A stretch of 64,000 nucleotides of DNA from NCBI RefSeq assembly GCF_009914755.1, contig NC_060926.1, one strand, 5' to 3'. The notes under the pieces were generated by a model. It did not search any database, was not told the origin of the DNA, and saw nothing but the letters and a program-made list of their open reading frames with translations. Positions 25,503 through 60,998 of the stretch are shown piece by piece (position 1 is the first letter of the stretch; each line of letters starts with the position of its first letter). Origin of the DNA: the human T2T-CHM13v2.0 reference genome, Homo sapiens. Both the position numbers and the translations under genes were made by a program.

Positions 25503-26169
25503 ATGGCAAGTCCAGGACACCAAGCCAGGCTCTTTCCTGGGCACCGTGCACCTCTTCCCTTGCTCAAGGTCCATCTGCTGGCCAGTTCCTGGGATTTCTC
25601 TGACCCGCCCACTCCACACAGGCTGGACGTCCAGGGCGTCTTCAGAGAGGTCCACTAGATATTAGGGGACGCTGCCCAGTACTTTCCCATCAAAGACCAA
25701 GACCACAGAACACTTCCAGAAACGCTTCCAGAAATGCTCAATCCTGCCAGCACTGGAAGTTTGCCTGCCTATTTTCAGCTGAAGAACACTTGCTCTTGAA
25801 GAAAATGTAGCAGGGCTGTCTACCTAAGGTGAAATGTACCAGCTGACAGATGAGAATCTGACACTGATCAACATCAAAACAATATATAAGAACAAAAGTC
25901 AAGGGCATGTTTGTGGCCTCCTAGAGTCCACATCATGCCCATGATTTGTCTCACTCTGCCCTCGGAGAGCCAGAGGAGGGAACTTCTGCCTTGGCCCACC
26001 TGGGTTTGTCCCCACCCTGGAGTCAGGCCATGTCCACTCCCCTTCCAGTCTCTGCTGGGGTCCCTGCATGCCCTATGCTCTCTTCCAGCTTGTCTGAATC
26101 CTGCCCTCCAGTCTGAGTGCCACGTGAGGGGCAGCTTGCTGGGATGCCCGATGCCCCACAGAACTGCAG

Positions 26170-27770
<1,601 letters not shown>

Positions 27771-27771
27771 C

Positions 27772-29850
<2,079 letters not shown>

Positions 29851-31165
29851 ATAAAGTGCGGGCTGGATTGGGAAGGCCAGGAGGGGGCACTGAAGGCTTT
29901 TGAGACGGGGAGTACTGCAGCCTGTGTTTTAGGGAGGTAAATCCAGCGGGTGCACCAGAGACAAGGACAGGGGCATGGCCAGAGGCTGCGGGCAGATGGG
30001 AGGTTGGTGTAATAGGGGCAAGACATAGAGAGGTGCCTTGGAGCTCAGAGAGGGGGAAGCAGCTGCCCTGGGGCAGAGAGAGGCTGGGGCAGGATGGCTC
30101 TGGGCTTCTAGGCTAGGAGGTGGGCTGAGGGCAGGCAGGCTCTGGGAGAGACGTGCTGTGGGAAGTGTCTGGCTGGGGTGAGGTGGAGAGGGGGGCTTCA
30201 GGGGACAGCAGAGAGGGGAGGTCTGAGGCATGGGGAGGATCAGGACCAGAGTCAGAGAGAAAACTTTCAGCCACAGGGGTTTGTGGATGCCTCAGGATAG
30301 GTGAGGCTGCTCCCAAGAAGGAGGTCCTGAGGGAGCAGGAGGTGAGCTCAGCTGCACACAGAGGACTCAGTTGGGGAGTCTCCCTCAAAAGTGGCAGCCA
30401 CCCTGAGTCACTAAGTCTGTGACTCACCTCTGGCAGAGAGGAGGCAGGACAAGTAACAAAGCTGGTGCTTCCTGGGATGTTATCTGTGGGCCAGTCCCTG
30501 GTTTGCAAATCCCTTCCGTGCATGAACTTATCTAAAGCCCTATGAGGTGGAGCTAGTACCGGCACTATCCCATACTGCAGATGGAGAAATTGAGGCCCTG
30601 TGCGGTGGGGGTTATTCCAGACTCTTCGGCCAGGACACAGGCATTTGGCTAAACCTAGTGTTTGTGGCAGGGTCTGTTCTGATTGGCCGATGCCTGTCCT
30701 ACTGGTTAGTCAATGTTTTGAAGGTCACCCTGGTTACACAGCTGGAGGAGGCAGAATCCCAACTAACCCCTGGGGCTGGAGCCCTGGTCTGAACCACGAT
30801 CCTCTCTCCGTCTAGCGCCGCAGCGCACCTCAGGACAAGTAATGTGCGTCGAAGGGCTTTGGAAACTGCAAGGCACAGTATAAATAACAGGTTCCTTCAT
30901 TCCTCCTGGGCAGGAACTTTGGCCTCAACAGTTCCTTCTTTGTTGAGGCCAAAGAAGCTGGGCCATGAGAAGGCAGAGGAAACGCTGCTGTGGGGAACCA
31001 GCATTCTCTCTGCTTACTCAACGGGGAAAGTGAGTCAGAAGGGAAGCCTCCCTGAGTGGAGCCCCATGGTCAGCCCCTGGGAGGTTCTCACGTGCCAGAC
31101 GCCATCCGGCACTAACCAGGTTAGCCTGGACTTGTCCCCAGGGCCCGTCCAGGCTCTCCTGCAAC

Positions 31166-31184
31166 TGGCCACCAGGGGGCGCCG
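31166..31184 (+). promoter_or_regulatory. Near-perfect CTCF motif (forward orientation)
   Basis: TGGCCACCAGGGGGCGCCG vs consensus TGGCCACCAGGGGGCGCTA. Confidence 0.8.
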
Positions 31185-32099
31185 CTCCCCCAGCCTTCCT
31201 CTTACTGAACCTACCCCCCACCACCCCCCCAACAACCTGCTCGCGAGAAACCAGGCCTTGGAAGGAGTCCCGGGGAGCAGGCACCAGAGACTTTGAAAAG
31301 TGGCAAAAACGCGGGAGATGCTGAGTGGAGGTGGGAGTTCGTCCCTGCCCCACTGGGAGGGAGAAGGGAAGGGGGGACGGAAACCTACATATACCCATTT
31401 TCAATTCCCAAACCAGCCCTGTGGAGGAGTGCCTGCTCCCATTTTACAGATGAGGAATTTGAGGCCCAAAGATGTTGGGTAAGATCAAGAGGCTAGGGAC
31501 AGGCAGCGCTGCGTCATTTGCTTCCAAGGTCAGTTCCTAATGGGACCACAAGCAAATGCTAGCTCATTTGGCCCTGTTGCCTAGCGGGGTCTCCCCCCCC
31601 GCCCCCCGTTGATCCTATGTTCTGAGTCGTGGCCAACACCACAACCTATTCCCCCACTGTGTTCCAGCAACAATTCCAGCTGCCCCTTCTCCAACCTGAA
31701 CTTTCTGGAAGCCTGGGCACCTGCTTCATTGTTTTCCAGGGACCCCCATCAGCCACCCATCCCACACCCTCCCCATCTGGGCAGAGCCGGGAGCCCCCTC
31801 TGCAGCCCTGTCCTGCTTGACATCCCTTCCCCACCCCAGGGACCCCGCGGGGTCAGGCTTTGCTCCTCGACACCCCACGGTAGGCAGCAGCACGAATAAA
31901 CAATGGGACATTTGAACCAGGAAGAGCCTGTGGTTGAGGCCAAAACAGGCACCAAGGTTTTCTCTCAGCTCCTACCAACTCCTTTTATGGCCTCTGGGCC
32001 CAGTTCCTTCTTCATAAAAAGTCAGAACTGGAAAAGGCCTCGAGTCACTGGGTCCAACCTGAGCCAACACTTTCCTTTTCTATAGAAAAAACCCGTCGT

Positions 32100-33950
32100 G
32101 CTGCCTCCCCGGCTCCAGCCAGGTTTACAGCACCAGGATCTGGGCCGGCAGCGTCCTTCACCGGAGGGAAATTCTAACCCTGGGGCGGGACCTGGGCACG
32201 TCCGCCGGGGAGGCCCAGTCCCTGCACCTGTAAAATGGGGGGCGGGCCTAACCGTAGCTTCTTCAAAGGCCCCCCGCCCCCAGCTTGAGGTTCTGTATCT
32301 AGCCCCAGGGACCCGCCCTAACGAACATCTATTTCGGCCCCCTCTGTCCAACCGTTTCCTTCCCTCTGCCCTGAGAGCTGTAGGCAGCTCGCGTGTGTGG
32401 GCGCACGTGCGTGCAAGTGATCATGTGTGTGCAGGAGCCGGTGGCGGCCAGACGCAACTCGGCACAGGCGTCCGCGCCTGGCTCTGTGCGCGCCCCCGAG
32501 ATGCCGGCCTCCCCTAGTCAACCAGGTGGCCGTGTGCAGCCCCGGGTGTGCTCCGCGGGTACCAGCCCGGGCCGCTCGCTCCTCGCGGCCGACAGCACGC
32601 GGTGCGCCGCATCTGGAACGTGGGAGCTTCTGGTTCCCAGTCCCGGAGACCAGCGCCCCCTCCCCGCCAGGGATTTTTTCTGCTCCGCGAGGCGCGCTCC
32701 GGGGCGGAGGCCGAGAGCAGCCCCGCCCGGGCCGGCCTGCTAGGGCGGCGAGTCTGCCGGGAGCGCGCCGCCCCCACCCAGGCGCCCCGATGGGTTTTTC
32801 CATGACTGCATCCGGCCTCGGGCCGCCTTTGTTCCCGCCGTCCCCGGCCTGCCCGCGAAGCGGCCCGCCTCTCCCTGCGCGCCTGGGATTTTCCAGGGCT
32901 CAATTGGAGCACTGGCGAGCCGCCTCCCCGCCCCCAGCCTCCCCTGCCCCGGCTGCCCCCGAGTCCTGTTTCAGGGATCCTAGCCCTCTCTCCAGACGCG
33001 CTGCTCTGTCCACTGTCCCCGCCTCCAGGACCTGCGTCCTCCCAGCCCCACATTTGTGCGCAAAGTTGACGGTCACCGGGCCCGCGCGCTTCGGCATCTC
33101 GCGAAGGCGCTGCCCGCGCCCTGAGTCCTTCCCTGGGGCTGTACGTTGGAAAGGACAGAGGTCTCCTCTGCTTCGCAGTTGCAAAAGGCTTCACGTTTTC
33201 ACCAAGGGGCAGGTGGGGCAGTAGGGGCCCTGGGAGGCCTGGTCCACCAAGGAGGGGGAACCCGCGCGCGCGCGCGCACGCACGTGGCCCGGCGCTCCCG
33301 GGAGACCTCCGTGTGATCACCGCGCGCAGCAGCTCCCGGGCGGAAACACCTCCCACCTCCACGGGAAAGTGGGCTCAACCGGGGGCGGAAAGCGACACGG
33401 CTGGGGGACGACTACGTGCTCCCTTAACCCCCTTCCCGCTGTCAGTAAGGAAGTGGAGATAAACCGAAGAGAGGCCTTGGAGAAAGGAGCAGGGCGGGGT
33501 GAGGGAGTTGTGGGGGGATTATTTGAGAGTGAGGTCAAGCTCAAGAGCCCCAGGACCCTCTCAGATCCCCCGTGCCCGTGGGAACTGCGCGTCCGCCACC
33601 GATCCTGCCCGCGCCGGGTTGAGTTCAGTTTGTGTCTCCGCGCGCTGCGACTTTGCGCGCCTGGGGGCCTCCCAGCTATTGCCTGGCTATGCTGGCGGGA
33701 AAAGTGTAAGAAACGCTGTTTGCCCTGCAGGAGAAGCCAGATTCGCATGGGGTGCTTCAGGCTGGGGAAAGGTGCCTGCCTCTGTGGGGTTTTTGGAATC
33801 CCAGGTGGCGCCCTTCCTACAGCCCGGCAGAAGGCAGCCATGCCTTCAGGTGGGGAAAGATCTGGAGGTGCGGGTGGGAGGAGGACGAAGCAGGAGGGAC
33901 ACCCGGATCCGCAAAGGGTCAGAGACCCAGAGCTGTCTTGCTGTGCCAAG
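32100..33950. promoter_or_regulatory. Orphan CpG island 2
   Basis: ~1.8 kb repeat-free, very CpG-rich; GC boxes; E-boxes CACGTG at 32404 and 33281; (CG)7 run; TCTCGCGA ~33097. Confidence 0.85.
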
Positions 33951-34191
33951 TGAGAGGGAATGCCCCGTCGGCAGCTTTGAGCGCCAGCTCCCTGGCCTAA
34001 CCAGTCATGAGGGAACGGGCAGGCTGCTCTGGAAGGGCCCTTCCTCCAGGTGTCCTCTTGATCAGCTTTGCCTGCTCTTTAAGGTGTCCCTGTGTCTCGG
34101 CCGCCTCCCCTCTCGACCCTCTTTTTTGCTCTCAGAGGCAGCACACCAGTCCCCATCCCCAACCATCCCAGGATGAGAATGTCTTGGTCCT

Positions 34192-35780
<1,589 letters not shown>

Positions 35781-35944
35781 AGCATTATTCCTCTTCATCA
35801 CCTCCCACCTACTCAAACATACACTTTCCAGAACTTTCCTTCTAGTCAGAATGTTTTCTCCTCCCTTTAAAGGCAGAGTTCGGGAAAGCAGAAACAAAGA
35901 GAAATGCTTTGATCTTGACGCATTCTAAAAATGGAATTAAACTT

Positions 35945-36175
35945 CCAATAGTGATAGCAAACAGTTAGTATTTGCTACTTGCCAGGCTGTTCACATATGT
36001 TAATTCATTTAACCCACATAACCACTCTGGGAGGTGGGCACCATTATCACTTCCATTTTAGAGATGAGAAAACAGGCACAAGAAGTGAAGCGACCTGTCC
36101 AAGGTCACACAGGCAGAGGCTCAGCTGGGAGTTGACCGCGGCAGCCTGGCACAGAGCCTGTGCTCCTATACTGTG
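35945..36175 (-). mobile_element. MIR
   Basis: CCATTTTAGAGATGAGAAAACAGGCACA..GAAGCGACCTGTCCAAGGTCACACAG. Confidence 0.8.
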
Positions 36176-36659
36176 CTAGTAAAGTGTTGCACAGGCATAC
36201 TCAGGAAGTGGTGTTCATATACATAGCTCGTCTGTAGAGTAGGAGGAAAACAATAGGTGCTGGGGTTTAGGAGACATTTTTCTTGGGAAGAGTCACATTC
36301 GTAACGGCGATGTCTGCTGCAGTTCCCACTTTGTGGCTGTTACAGTTGTTTTATGGGTTTTTTAAATCACAGCTGTCAACTGAGAAATGTATGCCAGTCA
36401 GATCATTACCCTGATGGAAGAAAACTCCAAGTCCTTCCAGCAGTAATGTGCATCCTATAATATTTCTTCATTTCATATTTATTGACCCACTTGCCTGTGC
36501 CCAGTGCTGTAGCAGAGGCTCGGGGGAACATTCTTAGCAGGAAGAGAGCTCACTTCACCATCTTCTTGGGGAGACAACAAGTACATCCATGTAACAATGA
36601 TACCTTCAGTTGCCAAAGGGAGCATTTCAATTGACCAGCAGCTAATATCTGATGAGGAC

Positions 36660-38260
<1,601 letters not shown>

Positions 38261-40460
38261 AGAGCCTATTAGGTAAAAAGTCCTCTGTGGGGCTGTTAGA
38301 CGATACCAAAAAACATAAGGAAGCCAGCACTTCAGGAGCCTCCCAACAGTCAAGGTGAAAAAGAAACCACAGCATACTTTTACTATTTGAAAAAAGAAAA
38401 TGTTTTCAAAGATTGAACCCAGACAGCCATAGTGGCTCTCGCCTGTAATCCCAACACTTTGGGAGGCCAAGGTGGGAGGATTGCTTGAGGCCAGGAGTTT
38501 GACACCAGCCTGGGCAACATCATGAGACCTCCATGTCTACAAAAATAAAAAATAAAGAGGGAAACTGGCTCCTGATTCTAAGAGGAATTTATCATGTGGA
38601 CAGTATCTATGTACAATCCGTGAACAGAGCATTGAGTCTGTAGGGGCTGGACCACCTGCAATTCAAGAGTCCTCCTCATGCTGATTCCTTTGGGTCTGAC
38701 CTCCTGCCACATCACACCCTCCTGCTTGTTGCCCTCCTCCTGGACTGCCCTTCCTTCTCTGCCCATTGCCTCCTACATTCCAAAGACCAGCTGGGACCTG
38801 TCATTCCTTCTTCAAAGCCTTTAATTCCCAAGCAGAATTACCTGCTTTCTCCCTGAACTCCCAGATCACTGTTATCAAAGACATAACATTGTATTATTCA
38901 TTTGTCACTGTTTTTATTGAGCATCTGCTAAATGCTGGGCCTCCTGTTAGGTGCAAGAGACACAGTCACAAATGCAGCACAGGGCTGTCCTTGGGGGCCT
39001 ACAGCCTGTGGCACCGTGGTCATGGCCCCATCCTTTCCTCCATATAGGGCCTGTCCTCTCTTTGCAACCTTGGAGCTAGCGTGACACACAGCAGCCTCGA
39101 GTCTCAGCATTTGTGAAATGAATGATTGAGGCTGTGCAGACCTTTCTCTGCTAGCTCACAAGCAGTTGCTGCCTTCCTGAGAGGCTTTGGAGAAAGTGCT
39201 AGCTTAAAATATGTCCCCAAGTAGCTGAATCTGTAGGATATCATGATTCTGTGGTGTCCACGTGAACTCAACATTCAACCTGTCGAGAGCAAAAGTCAGC
39301 AGAAACTGACTTCGTTTCCCTGTTATTGATATGAGGCTGTGGGGGCTCACTGTAATTAATCAGTAGGGTCAGCCGCCTTTGAAGGTTACTCGTTGTTCCT
39401 CATAGCGGCATCTCCGCAGTATGGATGGAGATGCGGAACATCCCGTGGCAGTCATCAGAAATTTATGCGTCTAATTGATCTGAAAACTGAAGGAATTTAG
39501 CAACAAGTTAAGAGGGAAGGCGACCAAGGTGTGGCCCTATTAGCTTTGTTGCTCAGCACATAGCCCCAGGCGTTTACAGGAGGGGCCACACAAGTCCTTT
39601 GTCACTAGTCCTTTGTCACTAGCGGCAGCCTCACCTGAGAAGACCTCCAAGGGTGCTGCCTGTACCGTCAGGAGGTGGGGAGTGTCCGAGGGCCCTGGAG
39701 TGCACAGATCCGCCCTGGAGGGTAGCCATGGGGACAGCCCACTCCATCCTCCCACCCCTACCCCGACTTCCTGGCCTTCCCAGGCAAATGTAGGCCACCT
39801 TGTGTTCAGTTTCCTGGAGAGTCTCCTTTCCCCAGCATCCGGGTCCCCAGGGGAGGGGTGACAGCTACCCCTGTCCCCGATCTGTGGGGCCTGGCCGCCT
39901 TCCGCAGGGCTGCGCGCCATTCCCGCATCGTGCTGCGTCTTGGATGATTTTCCTGGCTGTGACCCAAGCACCTGGAGCCTCCATTATCTGTGCTCAGAAT
40001 TTCCAAGTCTCTCCAAAGTCCTCCAAGGAGAACCCCCGCCCCACCCCCAGACACTGATGCGGGCCTCCAAGAGTTTGTTTTTTTGTTTTTTGTGGGTTTT
40101 TTTTTTTGCAGTGTGACAAGGTTCCTGGAAACCACGGGAGTTTTACTACATTCCCTGGGACTTGTTTACCGGAGATGCAGATTGCAGCGGCGGTGGGTGC
40201 GGGGGATGAGGGGGGCGGGAATGAGCCTTCTCCCCAGAGCTGGGGAACCTGTTTCTGTTTCTGTTTCATCATTGTCTGGTCTGTCCTCGTTGCCTCTTAG
40301 GCAGAGCTGATGCCCCATTATAATCTAAGCTGCAGGAGAAATGGTCTCAGAAATGGGCTCAAAACACTGCCCCTGGATCCCATAATCTAAAATTTAAAAT
40401 ATTCCGTGAAGCATGCCCCTTGTATCATATCAGCTCTCCTCTTCCCTCTGTCCTCCTTAA

Positions 40461-43715
<3,255 letters not shown>

Positions 43716-44381
43716 CAAAAAAAATTTATTTCCAATTGAGTAATTAGGAGTTCAGTGAGTCCTTAATTCAAGACAAGAGATAAACTGTTCTGCCAAGAAA
43801 GAAAGAAAAAAAAAGCTTTGCCTAGCTCTTTTTAAAACTTCAGATGATTGATCAAATGTCTCAGCCAAAGATAATTCAGGAATCTACAAAACCTGGAGAG
43901 AGGAGCCTAATGGAGATGGTGCATGAGCGAGCATGGCCGTGGGCTCTCTTTGTCCTCATGAGAAGCCACCGATGGCCCGGCCCAGACACCTGCCAAGAGA
44001 ACATGGCTTAGTGGCTGCCCAGGACTCGCCCCGAGCTCCATTAGGAAACACTTGTTTTTTGAAACAAGCACTTGAGATGAGGACTTCAATTCCTTTGGTT
44101 TCTGGGTGACTTCCTCTCTGGCTGGCTTGTCGCTCTGCCTCCTGACATCTCTGTCAGGCATTTTGAGTTTCCTGTAGCCTCTATCAGAAGGACAGTTAGG
44201 GCTGGTGTCTACCTGGGCTCTGTGGGTCTGGGTTATTCTCTGGAAAGCTGCTCCTGAGAGTCCCTTGAAATGGAGTTTTGTATGCCCTTTAGATGGCGGA
44301 AGAGGACCCACAAAGGCGGTTTCCCTGTCTCCATCCCAGAAACAGTCGAACAGGGGGTCACAGTGCTGAGTGTTAGAATCA

Positions 44382-46243
<1,862 letters not shown>

Positions 46244-46689
46244 TCACAACACCCTTGGGGGCAGGAAAAAAACAGCCATTTATTTTTGGAGTTCAGGACG
46301 GAATATTCTGGAATGGATTTATTCACATAATCAGGGTTAGACTTGCCTAATTCATGTAGACTAAAGGGTAGTAACGCAAAAGACTTCATTCCTCCCATGG
46401 GAAAATCTCTGCGCATTCCAGGGCATTCTGTGGGAAGAGCAGAAAGCTCCAGACCCACACAGGGTAAAGCTCTTCTCAGGCTGGCAACAGTGAAACCGTG
46501 GGCAGAGCAGTCTGGAGTCACGGGCTTCACAGAAAGGGGATCTGGGGAGGGGTCCCATGCAGGGCTCAGAAGGTCCTGGGTGGATTTGTCGTCCAGGGTC
46601 AAGATGGAAGAAGGTTCCCAGCTGCATGAACAGTCAAGAAAAGATTGGGAGCAGTACAGATTGACTGGAAAATACATAAGAAAAATCTA

Positions 46690-51335
<4,646 letters not shown>

Positions 51336-52117
51336 GACTTCTGGGAATGTTTCATCATTTTAACTTTTTGTTTGTTTTTCTTGTATGACGTTATGTTGTG
51401 AGAGGCGTGAGTCCTGTCTATTGATATCTTCCTGTTCCTCCTCCTTCAGAGGAGGTGGGGAGCTGTTCAGGGGCCCTTCTCAACCAGCCATACCATGAAT
51501 ACATCACGAGACTTCTGTGCGAAAGATGGAGCTATACGCCCATCTCAGGAGGCCCTGGGGTTTCTGGAAGACCTGGTTGTCAGAAAATGTTTGGGGGCTG
51601 GGGTGAGCTGCACTAGGGGAACCTCTGGAACTGGTCCCTTTTTCCCTGGAAGGTGGAGCTGCCAGAAGCTCACAGAAGGCTGAGGGTGACAGTTTGCAGA
51701 GACGAGCTTTGAGGCACTGAAAGGAGCGCGCCTGGAACCCTCTCCTTACCCTCTTTATCCACCTTCTGAAAAGGCTGCATGAACCACCCGGGGGCTGGCC
51801 AGTGTGGAGAAGATTTGCCTGGAAAGGGTGGTGCTGGATGTCAGATGGGCAGGTCCTCCTCCACCACCAGAGCAGCTCAGCAGTGAGGGTGGCAGCACAG
51901 TGCTCACAGGGGCTGACACCTCTCACTCGGGGCAGTACCCTCCTGGGCTCCACCTGAGAGCTGAGCCAGTGAAGCTGTGAGGTACCCAGCCAACAGCACC
52001 CACTCATTGAAGTTGGGCTTGAGAAGAGAAGGAAGCTGATAGGAGAGGAGGGTTAAAAGGCATGTGAGAAACCAGAAAAAATTATGTTCAGAGGAAAACA
52101 CCGGTGCATATTTCTAT

Positions 52118-52261
52118 GCGTGCACATGTGAGTGTGTGAGTGTGTGTGTGCAGGCAGGCGTGTATGTAGAGGCTACAAATAAAGCAGTGTGTCTGCGTCT
52201 GTGTGTCTGTGTGAGTGTAGAGACCAAGGGTAAGGGTAAGGAGACAGTGTGACGGTGTGTG

Positions 52262-52295
<34 letters not shown>

Positions 52296-52390
52296 CGGGT
52301 TACAAATAAGCAGCATGCTTATGTGTGTGTGTGCCTGTGTGTGTGTGCGCCTGTGTGTGTGTGCACGTGTGTGCACACGCAGGTATGTGT
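52118..52390. repeat. Degenerate (TG)n microsatellite region
   Basis: Several TG runs including a pure stretch ~52265-52292. Confidence 0.9.
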
Positions 52391-52851
52391 ATTTCTTGAC
52401 CAGCCTGGAGACTCTGAGAGTATAATAGCATAGGCTCCAGGGGAGGAGGGCCAGGACGAGGAGAACGGGAGTGGAAAATGGCAGGACTAACACACACGTA
52501 GGGAAGAAGTAGAGGAAACAACTGACTCTCTGGCCAAAGCATGAAAGGCCTGGCTGGCACGGTGGCTCACACCTGTAATCCCGCACTTGAGCCCAGGAGT
52601 TGGAGACCAGCCTGGGCAACACTGCCAAACCCTGTCTCAACAAACAATACAAAACCAGCAGGGCATGGTGGCGTATGCCTGTAGTCCCAGCTACTCAGGA
52701 GGCTGAGGCAGGAGAATCTCTTGAGCCCCGGAGGTCGAGACTGCAGTGAGCCAAGGACGAGGCTACAGTGAGCTGAGATTGCAACACTGCACTCCAGCCT
52801 GGATGAGAGAGAGAGACTGTGTCTCAAAATTAAATATATATAGAGAGAGAC

Positions 52852-53051
52852 AGAGAGAAAGAAAGAAAAGAAAGAAAAGAAGAAAAAAAAGAAGAAAGAA
52901 GGAAAGAAAGAAAGAAGGGGGAGGGGGAGGGGAGGGGAGGGAGGGGGAGGGGAGGGGAGGGGAGGGGAGGGGAGGGGAGGGAGGGGGAGGGGAGGGGAGG
53001 GGAGGGGAGGGGGAGGGGAGGGGGGAGGGGAGGGGAGGGGAGGGGAGGGGA
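52852..53051 (+). repeat. 200-nt pure polypurine tract ending in (GGGGA)n, in the tail of an Alu (52550-52830)
   Basis: No pyrimidine between 52852 and 53051. Confidence 0.95.
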
Positions 53052-54151
53052 CTGCTGGGACTGCTAGGCCTGCAAGCCTGAGCTGGGCTTGGCTGGGCAT
53101 GGGGCCCATACTGAGGCACCATGTTACAGGGTAGGGTGAAGGGATAGAGAGAAACAGGGCAGTTCCAACCCTACCTAGGCCAGGGCCAATCTACTTTCAT
53201 GTCTACCCTGAGGATGAAACCATCCTGCTAGAGACAGGAGAGCTGACAGGTGACAGGCCTGGGCCCTACTAGGGAATGAGAGGAGGGAATTGAGTGACGT
53301 TGCAAAGGAAAGCTCGGGTGACCTGGCAGCTTTTCCATAAAAGGGTTTTCTCCAGGTTGCCTTTCCTCATGGCAGCGGGGTCTCTCACAGGCAGGTCCCA
53401 CAAGATCTGTGCCCTGGGAAAGCCCAGGACAGCCCAACTCCATGGTGACAGCCACGTGGGTAAGGGCCTGAATCCTGACTCAGTCTGTCCACTCCATCCT
53501 CTTCAGCAGAGGCCTCCTCACCCCAGACACCTGGCTCAGTATCAGGGGTCTGGTTACCTGCAGTCCAACCTCCAGGTCTCTCCTCAAGAGCCCCTCGCCC
53601 ATTCATCCTGCCAACTGCTCTCCTTACCGCATCCGCTCCCACCTCCCTGGCCTCATTCCAAGGTCCCACACACCTCAGAGCACAAGGATTCAGGGAAGAC
53701 TCTGTCCACAGGAGACTGCAGACCCAGGGAGGGGCTGGGTGAAGCCTCAGACTTGCCTGGCTCAGAATATTTATCAACTGCATTTTTTATTAAGACAATA
53801 AAATATGCAATAACATTCTGGCACAGGAGGTGCAGGATTTAAGTAAATGTAACATAAAACAGGCCCAGGAGAATTGGGTATACAGTCAAGAAACAAGAGA
53901 AAATTACAAATCATTTTTTTTCTTTTTGTTTTAGCAACAATACTGCAATGAACATTTTTGTTGCTGCATTTTGGATGTCTTAAATATTCCTTCCAGAATA
54001 ATTTCTAGGGGTGGAAATGACTGGTCAAAAGGAATTGGTAATTTAAAGGCTTAATTTTCCTCCAAAAATGCTCTTCCCATTTTATACATTCTTAGAAGTA
54101 ATTAGTGAGAAAGCCTCTTCTCTAAGTGATACTCATTTGCCAATCTGATAG

Positions 54152-55924
<1,773 letters not shown>

Positions 55925-56405
55925 TTAAAAAAATCTAGTGGAGTTTTGGTTTATTTCCATCTTTGGCACGGCGCTGATTAATCTTTTCAGGTAAAATCAG
56001 GGAGAATAGAAAGAAAAGTTGAGGGAGGGAAGGAAGGAATTTGATCTTTGGGAGGAAGGGCTGAGTGTGACTTGGCAAGAGAAGGCATCCAAGGGCAGAA
56101 ACGCCAGAGGGAAGGGGCGAAGGGCGCAGAACCAAGGAACTTCCAGAGGCTGACGTCTCCCAGTGGGGTCCACAGAGGTCCCAGTTCACTAAGGGTCATT
56201 GCTCCAGGGAGGGAAGGAAGTGGGGGAGGAGGGGAAAAGGGGATGGAAGGGGGAAAGATCTGCATGGCCATGTGTAGCCCTGAAGGTGTCCCTAGGTCAG
56301 TCCTGTGGGGTGACAGCACTGGAGAGGCCGCCATAGCCTCTGGAAACCAGATTATCTCACCCAAACCAACACAGGCTTGGAAACATCCCAAGAAGGGGAC
56401 AGAAT

Positions 56406-57975
<1,570 letters not shown>

Positions 57976-57994
57976 GCCAGGGTGGCCTCACATT

Positions 57995-60998
<3,004 letters not shown>

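Noticed and set aside
32318-34176. Overlapping 160-282 aa ORFs on both strands in CpG island 2
   Set aside because: Pro/Arg/Gly/Ala-rich, no recognisable domain, present in several frames; expected from stop-codon scarcity at high GC.
52567-53122. Proline-rich / GE-rich ORFs
   Set aside because: Translations of the (GGGGA)n repeat and an Alu.
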